Both the position numbers and the translations under genes were made by a program. From NCBI GenBank assembly GCA_016180645.1, contig JACPAV010000002.1, positions 238,628-302,627 on the forward strand: a stretch of 64,000 nt of DNA. Reading direction: 5' to 3'. The stretch is from Nitrospirota bacterium. GTDB taxonomy: Bacteria > JACPQY01. Within the stretch, counting starts at the first letter, position 1. The number at the start of each line of letters is the position of its first letter. Under the pieces are notes generated by a model. It saw nothing but the letters and a program-made list of their open reading frames with translations. It did no database searches and was not told the origin of the DNA. Shown here one piece after another: positions 50,116-59,274 of the stretch.

Positions 50116-51225
50116 TCAGGCCGGTTGTTGTTGGGTGACGCAATGGCAGGCGCCAAGGCCCCAGATGAGATCGCGGGAGGGAATGGAAACGATGCGTCGC
50201 CCCGGGAAGAACTTTCCGATGGTTCGCATTGCGTCCCTATCCCTTCGGCCCCCGAACGTCGGCACCAGCACCACCCGATTTCCGATGTAGAAGTTCGCGT
50301 AGCTCGCCGGCAACCTCTGCCCCTGAAACACCACGGGGTCAGGCATTGCAATCTTTACAATATGAAACGGGCGTCCTCGACAGTCCTTCATCTTGCGCAG
50401 GCGCTTGTAGTTGTCGGCCAGCGGTTTGCAGTTCGCATCGGAAGGGTCATCTTCCCAAGCGCACAGGATCGTCCGGGGATTCACGAAGCGCGCGATGTCG
50501 TCGATGTGGCCGTCCGTATCGTCGCCCACAATGCCGTCCCCCAGCCAGAGAATCTTTTCAACGCCGAGGTATTCCTCAAGGTACGATTCGATCTGCTTGC
50601 GGTTCAGGTGGGGATTCCGGTTGCGATGGAGCAGGCACGATTCGGTGGTCAGGAGGCACCCCTCGCCGTTCAGGTCAATGGATCCTCCTTCAAGCACGAT
50701 TCTGGGTTCGAACAGAGGAAGTTTCAGCCATCCGGCGATCTTCCTGGGGATCGCATCATCATGCACGAACGGATGATATTTACCTCCCCAGCAGTTGTAG
50801 ATCCAGTCGGTAATCGCCGTGAGCCGTGAGCCGTGAGCCGTGAGCCGTTGGATGAAGATCGGACCGTGGTCGCGGATCCAGGCATCGTCCGTAATCGTTC
50901 GAAAGAATTCTACGTTTGAGGAAAGTGCGCCCGCCTTTCGGAGCAGCGCCCTTGCCTCGCGTTCGAGAACGGCGTCTTTCACCAGAATGCGGACTTTTTC
51001 GCCGATTTGAAGCGCCTTCGTCATGGCCGCCCAGATCGGGGGGATCCGTTCAATGATGCCGGGCCAGGATTTGGAGTTGTGCGGCCATGACAGCCAGGTG
51101 GCCTCGTGCGGTTCCCACTCTGCCGGCATGCGATATCCGAGCGCCCGCGGGACGCGGGCACCGTGAAGGGTGATGGGTGATGGGTGATGGGCAGTAGAGG
51201 CCCGGGGTTTCACTTCACTCTTCAC
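50116..51225 (-). CDS. aguA: Agmatine deiminase (start may be later)
   Basis: MPAEWEPH, WIRDHGP, EGGSI, DTDGHID, ASYANF, GACHCVTQQ. Confidence 0.96.
   Translation of the reverse strand: MKSEVKPRASTAHHPSPITLHGARVPRALGYRMPAEWEPHEATWLSWPHNSKSWPGIIERIPPIWAAMTKALQIGEKVRILVKDAVLEREARALLRKAGALSSNVEFFRTITDDAWIRDHGPIFIQRLTAHGSRLTAITDWIYNCWGGKYHPFVHDDAIPRKIAGWLKLPLFEPRIVLEGGSIDLNGEGCLLTTESCLLHRNRNPHLNRKQIESYLEEYLGVEKILWLGDGIVGDDTDGHIDDIARFVNPRTILCAWEDDPSDANCKPLADNYKRLRKMKDCRGRPFHIVKIAMPDPVVFQGQRLPASYANFYIGNRVVLVPTFGGRRDRDAMRTIGKFFPGRRIVSIPSRDLIWGLGACHCVTQQQPA
50816..50848. repeat. In-frame heptamer repeat (TCACGGC)n within aguA
   Basis: GCCGTGA x4+; encodes RLTAHGSRLTA. Confidence 0.85.
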
Positions 51226-51240
51226 TCATCACGCTTCACG
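51168..51240. repeat. Heptamer repeats at the aguB-aguA junction
   Basis: GGGTGAT x3 and minus-strand CGTGAAG/CGTGATG/AGTGAAG. Confidence 0.7.
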
Positions 51241-52117
51241 TGTCCAGCAGCCGCTTCGTGAGTCCCTTGTAGGCGTCCACACGCCGATCGCGAAGGAAGG
51301 GCCACCCTTGCCTTGTCTTCCCCACTGAGGTGAGGTCGCATTCCACGATCAGATCTTGCTCATGAGTTCCCGACGCCTGCGCAAGTTGCTCCCCAAACGG
51401 GCCGGACACAAACGACCTTCCCCAGAACGTCAGGTTCCCTTCGCGCCCGACCCGGTTCGCGGCCGCCACGAAAACGCCGTTGGCCACGGCATGCGATCGT
51501 TGAATGATTTCCCATGCTTCCTCTTGGCGGCGATTGATTTCCGGTTTCTCCCCGCGCAACCAGCCGATGGCCGTGGGGTAGAACAGGATCTGCGCACCCC
51601 TGAGCGCGGTCAGTCGTGCCGCCTCGGGAAACCACTGGTCCCAGCATATCAGAACCCCGATTTTCGCAAATCGGGTCTGGAACGCCTCGAAGCCCAAATC
51701 GCCGGGGGTGAAGTAGAATTTCTCGAAATAGCAGGGGTCGTCCGGAATGTGCATTTTGCGGTATCGGCCCAGGAGGGTTCCGTCCGCATCGATGACGACC
51801 GCGCTGTTGTGGTACACGCCATCCGTCCGCTTCTCAAACACGGGCGCCACGATCACGATCCGCTTGGAACGAGCGAGATCGCATAGGGTCACTGTGGACT
51901 CTCCGGGGATCGTTTCGGCCAGGCGGAAGAACGAGGCGTCCTCCTTTTGACAGAAGTACCGGGAACGGAAGAGTTCCTGCAGACAGACGATCCGCGCGCC
52001 CTTTTTCGCGGTTTGGAGAATCCGGTCGCAAGCCTTGGAAAGATTCTTTTTCGGCGAATCCGAGCAGGACATCTGAATCAGGCCGATCCTCACAGGATTG
52101 GAACGTTGGTTCTTCAC
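51236..52117 (-). CDS. aguB: N-carbamoylputrescine amidase (nitrilase family)
   Basis: LQELF, RKMHIPDDP, EKFYFTPGD, ICWDQWFPE, FLRDRR; adjacent to aguA. Confidence 0.93.
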   Translation of the reverse strand: MKNQRSNPVRIGLIQMSCSDSPKKNLSKACDRILQTAKKGARIVCLQELFRSRYFCQKEDASFFRLAETIPGESTVTLCDLARSKRIVIVAPVFEKRTDGVYHNSAVVIDADGTLLGRYRKMHIPDDPCYFEKFYFTPGDLGFEAFQTRFAKIGVLICWDQWFPEAARLTALRGAQILFYPTAIGWLRGEKPEINRRQEEAWEIIQRSHAVANGVFVAAANRVGREGNLTFWGRSFVSGPFGEQLAQASGTHEQDLIVECDLTSVGKTRQGWPFLRDRRVDAYKGLTKRLLDT

Positions 52118-52269
52118 CGGCGGAAGATTAGCGCACTTGGATGCGGCTTCCAACTCCGCTCCGATGTTCGCGCGCCTCGCCGGGACTCGACGGATGCGTA
52201 ATGGGGTCTCTGCGCCGCGAATGGAACGGTCATCATGACTTGCGCCGCAGGCTGCGCGCCTTGAGCGCA

Positions 52270-52424
52270 CTAAGAATGCGTCCGGAAATGCCCAGAAATG
52301 CCAATTGAGCCGGTTCGTTGTCTGGGAGCAAGCAGCGTGTAGGGGAGCAGCTTTAGCTGCTCCCAAGGAGGGAGGACCTGAAGGTCCTCCCCTACGGCAG
52401 GTGAGTTTTCGGACGCACTCTAAG
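52270..52424. mobile_element. MITE-like shell containing a REP doublet (52339-52395)
   Basis: CTAAGAATGCGTCCGGAAA...TTTTCGGACGCACTCTAAG; left end resembles 28707-28724. Confidence 0.6.
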
Positions 52425-52453
52425 GAATTCGGGTTGGGTTCTTCCAAGTGCCG

Positions 52454-52545
52454 ACCCTTCGACAATCCGCCTGAGGCGGACAGGTTGAGCGGAACAGGTT
52501 TCGCGCAACGGTCGAAACCGCTCGTGGTGAGCCCGTCGAACCACG
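52454..52545. repeat. Second palindromic repeat type (CCCTTCGACA...GTGGTGAGCCCGTCGAACCA)
   Basis: TTCGAC/GTCGAA-bounded hairpin; fragment also near 29524. Confidence 0.45.
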
Positions 52546-52576
52546 CCGGATCGAAAGAAGTCTATTGTCGGAACGC

Positions 52577-53938
52577 TTACAGAGCCGCGGGCACGGCGGC
52601 CACGCCGGCTGAAGGATCCTCCGCGGACACGGAGACCGGCTTGGCCGTGAGGCGGTCAAACTTTGCTTTCTCCAGAAGCGGGGCGGGGTCGTCCGGGAAG
52701 GTCTTCGCGAGCCAATCCAGCCAGTTTTCGACCACGGCGTGGTCCCCCCACTGACCTGCGTGCTGGAGGCCGGGCCAGAGCTGGGCGCCCAGGAGTTCAC
52801 TTCCCGGCCGGTGGGTCTTCTTCATTCTCGCGAAGGCCGGAAGGACGGTCGATTCGTAGTCCTTCTCCATTCGCACCAGGAGATTGTTCAGCGTCTGCAC
52901 GGGTAGATTTCCCAGAAACTCCTTCATCTGATCGTAGTGCAACCCGGCGCCGGCGCCGCCGGACAGAAGGTGCATGGATCTCAAGTTTTTGAGGAGCGTC
53001 TCCCGTGTATAGCTGTTCAGAAGACGTTCGATCACGGCGCCATGGCGGTTCCCATGCTCCGGACTGACCGGGTGCCACAAATGGAATACGCCCACGCGCT
53101 CGTCCGTGATTTCGAGATACTCGACGGCGTAGATGCACAGTCGTTCCGTGAAATCGATGCTCTCATAGCCCCACGTCTCGAATCGTTCGTTGTGCCCGCC
53201 GATCCAGCCCGCCCATTTTTTCTTCACGGCCCCAAAATGCATGTCCCCCCAGGTGGCTTCCTGGTCGTTCTGCTGCACATCCGGCGGCTGGAAGGTCCGG
53301 ATGAGGTTGGAGGCGTCCTTTCTCCATTCCGCCTTGTCGATTTCCTTCAACGCCTTTTCGGAAACACTCCACGGCCGGACGGTGGTGACCAAATCCACTT
53401 CGCTGCTCTTGTGAACCTCCAAGCAGAGCCGCAGGGATGACGGTGTCAGCAGACATTCCGGCGGCATGAATGCGACAAGCCACCCTCGCGCCACCCGCGT
53501 GCCTTGGTTTCGCGCCCGTGTGAGGCCCCGGTACGGCGCCCCATTGCCCTTCAGGAGTTCATGGCGAATTTGGAGTGGGGCCTTCCCGGTAGGGGGGAGT
53601 GAGAAGGCGGCGCGGGTCGAATTCGGGTCGCCGTAATCCACCACGATCACCTCGAAGCGCTCGGGATCCAGGTCCTGGGCCGAGAGGGAAATCAGAGCCT
53701 TCTCAAGATAGGGGGTTCGATTACACGTCGGGATGACGACGGAGAGCTCCACCTTCGCGTCGATGGCGGAGGGGTGTCTCGGACCGGCATCCGTTCTCGT
53801 AGGGGATTTCGGCGCTTGGGAAGGAGAGCCTTTCTTCGCTGCCACGGGATCAGCACTCACCCCATCACCTGAAACAGCCCGCCGATTGGCGGGCTCCGCC
53901 GCGTCCGGCCTTCTGCCGGTTTCAGGTGGTGGGTTCAT
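52577..53938 (-). CDS. GT2-family glycosyltransferase-like protein (degenerate DxD)
   Basis: LSVVIPTCNR, FEVIVVD, ARNQG, NERFETWGYE, FHLWH. Confidence 0.85.
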   Translation of the reverse strand: MNPPPETGRRPDAAEPANRRAVSGDGVSADPVAAKKGSPSQAPKSPTRTDAGPRHPSAIDAKVELSVVIPTCNRTPYLEKALISLSAQDLDPERFEVIVVDYGDPNSTRAAFSLPPTGKAPLQIRHELLKGNGAPYRGLTRARNQGTRVARGWLVAFMPPECLLTPSSLRLCLEVHKSSEVDLVTTVRPWSVSEKALKEIDKAEWRKDASNLIRTFQPPDVQQNDQEATWGDMHFGAVKKKWAGWIGGHNERFETWGYESIDFTERLCIYAVEYLEITDERVGVFHLWHPVSPEHGNRHGAVIERLLNSYTRETLLKNLRSMHLLSGGAGAGLHYDQMKEFLGNLPVQTLNNLLVRMEKDYESTVLPAFARMKKTHRPGSELLGAQLWPGLQHAGQWGDHAVVENWLDWLAKTFPDDPAPLLEKAKFDRLTAKPVSVSAEDPSAGVAAVPAAL

Positions 53939-54017
53939 GGAGGAGGCTACATACCATACATCGTCCCAGGATTTCTACAGTTTAGATCAGGCTTGAAAGT
54001 TTTGCGAGATCCTGCCG

Positions 54018-55316
54018 ATGATTGTGAAGATGGCCGTCGAAATCTCGGTGGTCCTATGCGCCTACAACCGTGCCGAGCTGCTCCTCCGGGGCCTTCAGGC
54101 GCTGCTCAACCAGGACTTTCCTCGCGAAGCGTTCGAGGTGATCGTGGTGGACGACGGTTCCACCGATCAAACGACGGAGGTTCCGCCCCTTTTCCAATCG
54201 CGATTTCCCGAGGGGCATCTCCGGTACTTGAGGCTTGAGAAACCGCCGGGGTTCTACCGGAGCCCGGCCCGCGCTCGAAACACCGGCCTCCGTGCCGCTC
54301 GTGGCGGGTTGGTCGTGTTCTCCGATCCGGAAATTGTGGCTTCGCCGCGCGCGCTCTCAATTCACCATGAACTTCACCGCAAATCCCCGCAGGATCTTAT
54401 CATTACCACCTCGCCCTGGATGGTGGGCAAGGCCGCCACGGCCGCCCTCGATGGAATCGACTGGCGCGCGGATCTCCACGAGCTCCGACGGCGATTTCCC
54501 CCCCCCGAGGTCTTCCGCGCCACCGTAGAGGGACAGTGGCTCGACGCGCATTTCATTTCCTTCAAACGCTTCTGGGCGTATCTCAACGGTGGTGTCAACG
54601 AACGTTTCGAGGCGTGGGGTTTCGAAAGCACCGACTTCTCGCGCCGGCTGTACTGGCATGGTCTCCAGCATAAGCAGGACGTCAGCCCGGAAGCGGAGGT
54701 CTACCACCTTTGGCACGATCCCGTTAAGGGGTACGGCGATCGACGCATGGCCCTCATTGAAGGGCTTCTGAACAGCTACGATCCCGACAGTCTCTTCCGC
54801 TGCCTGGCCCGACGTGGACAAGACCTTGCGGCCTTCGGACCCCGCAAAGCGTATGGGAGGGCGCGGCTGTTTCTTCTCCGCCGGAAGGCGGAAGAGATAA
54901 ACGCGATACGGGACGAATTGGCCGACGAAGCCGAGAAAGATTTCTTCAAGAGAATCGGAGCCGCGCGAGGCCATTTCCCGGGCGATTCCTTCTTCGGGCT
55001 GGAACCCTGGGTCGGCCTCCGCCACCTGGTCGAGTGGGAGGACTACTCCGCCGCCCTGGAGTGGGTTGAACTGGCCTGCCGCGAATGGCCGGGCATCACC
55101 GGGCTACTGGTCGAAAAAGCGAAGCTCCATCTGAAAATGGGTCGGCGGGAGGAGGCTCACGCGATCTTCACCACGATCGTCGAACGCGAGCCCGACAACG
55201 CTTCGGCGAAACACGGTCTCAAGGAAATGGCCACCTTGCAAAGCTCCAACCGAGTGCCACTCCCGCCGAATCCCGAGAGGCCCATGGCGAAACCCACCAG
55301 CCCTGGGCATCTCTGA
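54018..55316 (+). CDS. GT2-family glycosyltransferase with C-terminal TPR
   Basis: ISVVLCAYNR, VVDDGSTD, ARNTG, FSDPE, NERFEAWGFE, YHLWH. Confidence 0.9.
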   Translation: MIVKMAVEISVVLCAYNRAELLLRGLQALLNQDFPREAFEVIVVDDGSTDQTTEVPPLFQSRFPEGHLRYLRLEKPPGFYRSPARARNTGLRAARGGLVVFSDPEIVASPRALSIHHELHRKSPQDLIITTSPWMVGKAATAALDGIDWRADLHELRRRFPPPEVFRATVEGQWLDAHFISFKRFWAYLNGGVNERFEAWGFESTDFSRRLYWHGLQHKQDVSPEAEVYHLWHDPVKGYGDRRMALIEGLLNSYDPDSLFRCLARRGQDLAAFGPRKAYGRARLFLLRRKAEEINAIRDELADEAEKDFFKRIGAARGHFPGDSFFGLEPWVGLRHLVEWEDYSAALEWVELACREWPGITGLLVEKAKLHLKMGRREEAHAIFTTIVEREPDNASAKHGLKEMATLQSSNRVPLPPNPERPMAKPTSPGHL

Positions 55317-55815
55317 TATCGTCGATCCCCAGGTAGACCTCCGCACCCGCCGCCAAGCCGAACATGAACCACCCCACCCAAAACTGCGGATCCATGGGAC
55401 GTTGGGGGTCCAGAAATTCATCCCGGGCAGCGCTTTCAACCATCACACCCAAGCCAACGGATTTGACGCCGAGGAGCGCCAGGCTGGCGGCATAACGACC
55501 ATTAATAAGATGACCCACCGAGGGGCCCAGTCCGGCGAGCGCCATCCCGGAAACCCATAGGTCTCGATTCGGCGCCGCAGCGCCCGCGAGCGAAAGAACC
55601 AGTCCGGTGGCCGCGGGACCCGCTGTCAGCACTCCGCCGATCGTTTGCCGCACCTCCCCGGCATCGGCCCAGCCGGAGGACGGCACGGCAAGAAGCAGCG
55701 CGGTGATCATCGCCCAGGTGCGGGGTTGACCCCACCACCGGAAACCGGCCCGAAGGGCCAAGAATTCCGGCCGCCGCAGGCGGTGTTTCAGGTGGTGGGG
55801 TTGACCCCATTTCAT
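55219..55815 (-). CDS. Hypothetical membrane/exported protein; start uncertain
   Basis: Several Gly/Ala-rich hydrophobic segments, GPSVGH motif; 3' end overlaps the GT2 gene. Confidence 0.5.
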   Translation of the reverse strand: MKWGQPHHLKHRLRRPEFLALRAGFRWWGQPRTWAMITALLLAVPSSGWADAGEVRQTIGGVLTAGPAATGLVLSLAGAAAPNRDLWVSGMALAGLGPSVGHLINGRYAASLALLGVKSVGLGVMVESAARDEFLDPQRPMDPQFWVGWFMFGLAAGAEVYLGIDDIRDAQGWWVSPWASRDSAGVALGWSFARWPFP

Positions 55816-55866
55816 CGCCTCGATATAGTTCGATGAACACTTCGAATCAAGCCAAAGGAGCCTGGG

Positions 55867-57567
55867 ATGGAAAAAGAGCCTGAAACAATAGATGTAGACG
55901 TATTGTTCGTGGGGGCGGGTCCCGCCAACCTCGCCGGCGCTTACCACCTTTGCCGGCTGATCGACGATCATAACCGAGCGGTCGAAAAGGGCGAAAAGAA
56001 AGGGGAAAAGCTTCAAGACCTCACCATCGCCGTGATTGAAAAGGCCGGGCAAGTGGGGGCTCACGGTTTTTCCGGCGCGGTGATGGATCCCATCGCGCTC
56101 AAAGAGTTCATGCCCGATTACAAGGACAAGGGCGCCCCAATCGAGAAAGTCGTCGAGAAGGACTACATCTACGTGTTTACGAAATCGGCCGGGATCCGGC
56201 TACCCTTCGCCCCCCCCCCGATGCAGAACCATGGAAACCTCGTCATCTCGCTGTCCAAATTCACTCAGTGGATGGCCGGCCTGCTCGATTCGAACCGCGT
56301 GATGCTCTTCACCGAATTCGCCGGCGCGAAACCGATCTACGAGGGGGATCGCGTGGTCGGCGTGCGGACGGGTGAAAAGGGCATCGGCAAAAAGGGCCAG
56401 AAAAAATCGAGTTACGACCCCGGAACGAACATCCGCGCAAAAGTGACGATCCTCGGCGAGGGTCCGCTCGGCCCGCTCACGCGGCAAGTGGTGGACAAGT
56501 TCAAGCTCAACGAGGGGCGAATGCCGATCAGCTACGCCACGGGCGTCAAGGAAGTCTGGCAACTCCCCAAGGGCCGGATCAAGCAGGGCTGGGTCCTCCA
56601 TTCGATGGGATGGCCCCACCCGTTCGTCAAGAACGATTCGATGGGCGGTGGATGGGTCTACACCATGGACAACGACCAACTGTCGGTTGGTTTCGTGACC
56701 TGGCTGGACTACCGTAATCCCTACACCGATCCCCACCGGCTGTTTCAGCTTTTCAAGACGCACCCGACGATCAAGGCTCTGCTCAAGGACGCCGAACTCG
56801 TGCAATACGGAGCCAAGACCGTGCCCGTAAGCGGGTACTGGTCCGTCCCGAAACTGTATGCGGACGGTGTGATGATTGTCGGAGACTCCGCTGGAATGTG
56901 CAACGGCATGCGGCTCAAGGGCGTTCACATCGCGATCAAGTCCGGCATGCTCGCCGCGGAAACCGCTTTGGGAGCCCTGGTCAAGAAAGACTTCGGCGCC
57001 GCGACGCTCCGTGGATACGAAGAAGCCGTGCACAAGAGCTGGATCTGGAAGGAACTCCACAAGGCGCGCAATTTCCACCAAGTCTACCATCACGGGATGC
57101 TGGTCGGTCTCGTCCGCACGGGCATCCAGACCGCGCTCGGCGGTCGCGATCTGTTCGGCGACCGTATCGACGCCAAGGCGGACCGCGCCTATATGAACAA
57201 GAAACTTTGGTACAAGGACGGCGGCGGAATGCCGGAGATCAAGTTCGACAACAAGTACCTCTGCGACAAGATGACCGACATCTACAACTCGGGCACCACG
57301 CACGAGGAGGATCAACCGAGCCACCTTGTTGTAGCGGACCTCGACCTGTGTGAGAACCGCTGCACGAAGGAGTACGGCAATCCGTGCCAATATTTCTGCC
57401 CCGCGCAGGTTTATGAGCCGCGCGTCGAAGAGGGCGGGAAATTCGCGCTCCACCTCAATCCCTCGAATTGCGTCCACTGTAAGACGTGCGACATCAAGGA
57501 CCCGTACAATAATATCCTCTGGGTCCCTCCCGAAGGCGGCGGCGGCCCGAAGTACACGGTATTGTAA
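55867..57567 (+). CDS. Electron transfer flavoprotein-ubiquinone oxidoreductase
   Basis: VGAGPA FAD motif, KGVHIAIKSG, HEEDQPSHL, CPAQVY, NCVHCKTCDIKDP. Confidence 0.96.
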   Translation: MEKEPETIDVDVLFVGAGPANLAGAYHLCRLIDDHNRAVEKGEKKGEKLQDLTIAVIEKAGQVGAHGFSGAVMDPIALKEFMPDYKDKGAPIEKVVEKDYIYVFTKSAGIRLPFAPPPMQNHGNLVISLSKFTQWMAGLLDSNRVMLFTEFAGAKPIYEGDRVVGVRTGEKGIGKKGQKKSSYDPGTNIRAKVTILGEGPLGPLTRQVVDKFKLNEGRMPISYATGVKEVWQLPKGRIKQGWVLHSMGWPHPFVKNDSMGGGWVYTMDNDQLSVGFVTWLDYRNPYTDPHRLFQLFKTHPTIKALLKDAELVQYGAKTVPVSGYWSVPKLYADGVMIVGDSAGMCNGMRLKGVHIAIKSGMLAAETALGALVKKDFGAATLRGYEEAVHKSWIWKELHKARNFHQVYHHGMLVGLVRTGIQTALGGRDLFGDRIDAKADRAYMNKKLWYKDGGGMPEIKFDNKYLCDKMTDIYNSGTTHEEDQPSHLVVADLDLCENRCTKEYGNPCQYFCPAQVYEPRVEEGGKFALHLNPSNCVHCKTCDIKDPYNNILWVPPEGGGGPKYTVL

Positions 57568-57626
57568 GCGGTGCGCGGTTTCCAACCGGATCCGGCATGA
57601 GGTACAATCTCCTCAGTGCGTCTACG

Positions 57627-57717
57627 TCTAACAGAATGCGTAGGGGAGGGTCTTCAGACCCTCCCGACAAGAGGGAGCATCTGAAGATGCTCCCCTACGA
57701 ATCGGCATTCTGCTAGA
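57627..57717. repeat. REP doublet (57640-57698) inside MITE-like shell
   Basis: TCTAACAGAATGC...GCATTCTGCTAGA outer IR. Confidence 0.85.
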
Positions 57718-57741
57718 GGCTTTTAGGAATAGAGGAGTGCG

Positions 57742-58134
57742 ATGAGCAAGCCGATCCGGGATGTTCAGGTCACGACGCTCGACGACAAGACCCGCCAGGT
57801 CAAAGCCGTCATCGACACAGGCTCCTTTTACACGATCATCAGGGAGGATCGTTTGCCCTCCACGACGACACTGGCAAGACGCGCGGTCCCCAGGGAATTG
57901 AGGGCCGCGCAAGGCGGCAAGCTGCGGGTCACCGGCGATGTTTCCATCGTCATGCTGGTTGAGGGAAAAATGATCGACGACGTGGCGATGGTTTCCCCGG
58001 AGCTCGCCCAAGAAATGCTCATCGGCGCGGGAACCATGCAGAAGTGGGATATCAGCGTCCTGCACGAGAACGGTCACACCTCGGTCCGCGTCGGCCGCGA
58101 CATGCGCGACCCCGAAATCACCGAGGTTGACTGA
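57742..58134 (+). CDS. Single-domain retropepsin-like aspartic protease
   Basis: AVIDTGS and MLIG; SD GAGGAG. Confidence 0.82.
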   Translation: MSKPIRDVQVTTLDDKTRQVKAVIDTGSFYTIIREDRLPSTTTLARRAVPRELRAAQGGKLRVTGDVSIVMLVEGKMIDDVAMVSPELAQEMLIGAGTMQKWDISVLHENGHTSVRVGRDMRDPEITEVD

Positions 58135-58137
58135 CCT

Positions 58138-59028
58138 CTACCAACTCGCTCCTACTCCCGTCATAGCCACGAGCCGGTCGACGTAGGTGGCCGGTTCTCC
58201 GAAAACTGAAAATTCACCCACCCCAATGTATTTCAATTGCGCGCCAAGTTCCCACGGCGGCGCCAGGTGAATTCTCACCCCTGCATGTGCGGTTATCGGC
58301 CCTACTCCCATCGTCCCTACACCGGGCGTGAGCAGGCTCGCGCCTGCCCCGAGATAGGATCCCACATGCCTCGTCATGACCGGGTAGAAGTTGATCCCAA
58401 CAGGAGAGAACATCAAGGGTAGTGGAACCGAGAATAGGGTGCTCCACCCCGGTGAGTGCGGACGAGGTTCCTCGCGAGGATCCCAGAAACGGAGGGCAAA
58501 CATCTCGAAAAAGAGTTCGACCCTGTGGAAACCTCGGCGACCGTACGTCAACCACGCCTGTCCCCAATTCGTTCCCAAGCTGCGCCGAGTCTCATCCCCA
58601 TAGGCAAGGGTATAGCCCCCATGCAAAGTCACGCGGTTTCTACGCCAAGGCTGACATTCGAATTGGAGCAAGCGGAGGACCGATGCGTCCGAGTCCGGCT
58701 TCGGTTGGAGAGTGGCGAACGCCCCGATCGCGCCATCAACAATGATGCCAGGGATACCACCGCCCAGTGTAAGCAGCGCCGACCAGCCGATATCGGTGCT
58801 TTTCAGAGTCGCCTGACCTACCGGTGAATCTTCCCTCCTGATCTCAACCACATGGTCTCGCGTTCGATCGAGAGCAAGGCACTCACCCGGCTGTCTCGCC
58901 TCGCCATCCACATAATAAGCCGCTCCCTCTGGAGAAGGCATGACCCGGACGTACTCCGTACGCCCCCGCGCCAAGAGCACGCAGGCGCCCAAGGGGAAGG
59001 TTCCCAGCACTGAGATGCACACTCGCAT
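58138..59028 (-). CDS. Hypothetical lipoprotein (PEGA-like N-domain plus beta-barrel-like C-domain)
   Basis: LGAC lipobox, SPEGA..YVDG, IVDGAIGA, terminal W. Confidence 0.55.
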   Translation of the reverse strand: MRVCISVLGTFPLGACVLLARGRTEYVRVMPSPEGAAYYVDGEARQPGECLALDRTRDHVVEIRREDSPVGQATLKSTDIGWSALLTLGGGIPGIIVDGAIGAFATLQPKPDSDASVLRLLQFECQPWRRNRVTLHGGYTLAYGDETRRSLGTNWGQAWLTYGRRGFHRVELFFEMFALRFWDPREEPRPHSPGWSTLFSVPLPLMFSPVGINFYPVMTRHVGSYLGAGASLLTPGVGTMGVGPITAHAGVRIHLAPPWELGAQLKYIGVGEFSVFGEPATYVDRLVAMTGVGASW

Positions 59029-59274
59029 CCTTCGCCGGATGAACGACCCGATGTGGAATCTCCACCGCTACCGTCCGAGTATACGCCTGAAGACTCCGGT
59101 TACAACGCCTTAGCGCTCCGGTTGACTCGCCACGGAGGAGTCTGACAGACTCCGCGCGATCAGATGGACCCCGCACCTATCTTTGAACCGCGAGGATCCG
59201 TTGGAAGAACGACCCTCCAGCGCCGGATCGAGAGTCCGCTCAGGTCGAGGCAATCCTAGACGGATAGGTGCGGG

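Noticed and set aside
59090-59130. attC/attI-like site (GTTACAAC) upstream of the PEGA gene
   Set aside because: Does not match GTTRRRY and no paired boxes are visible
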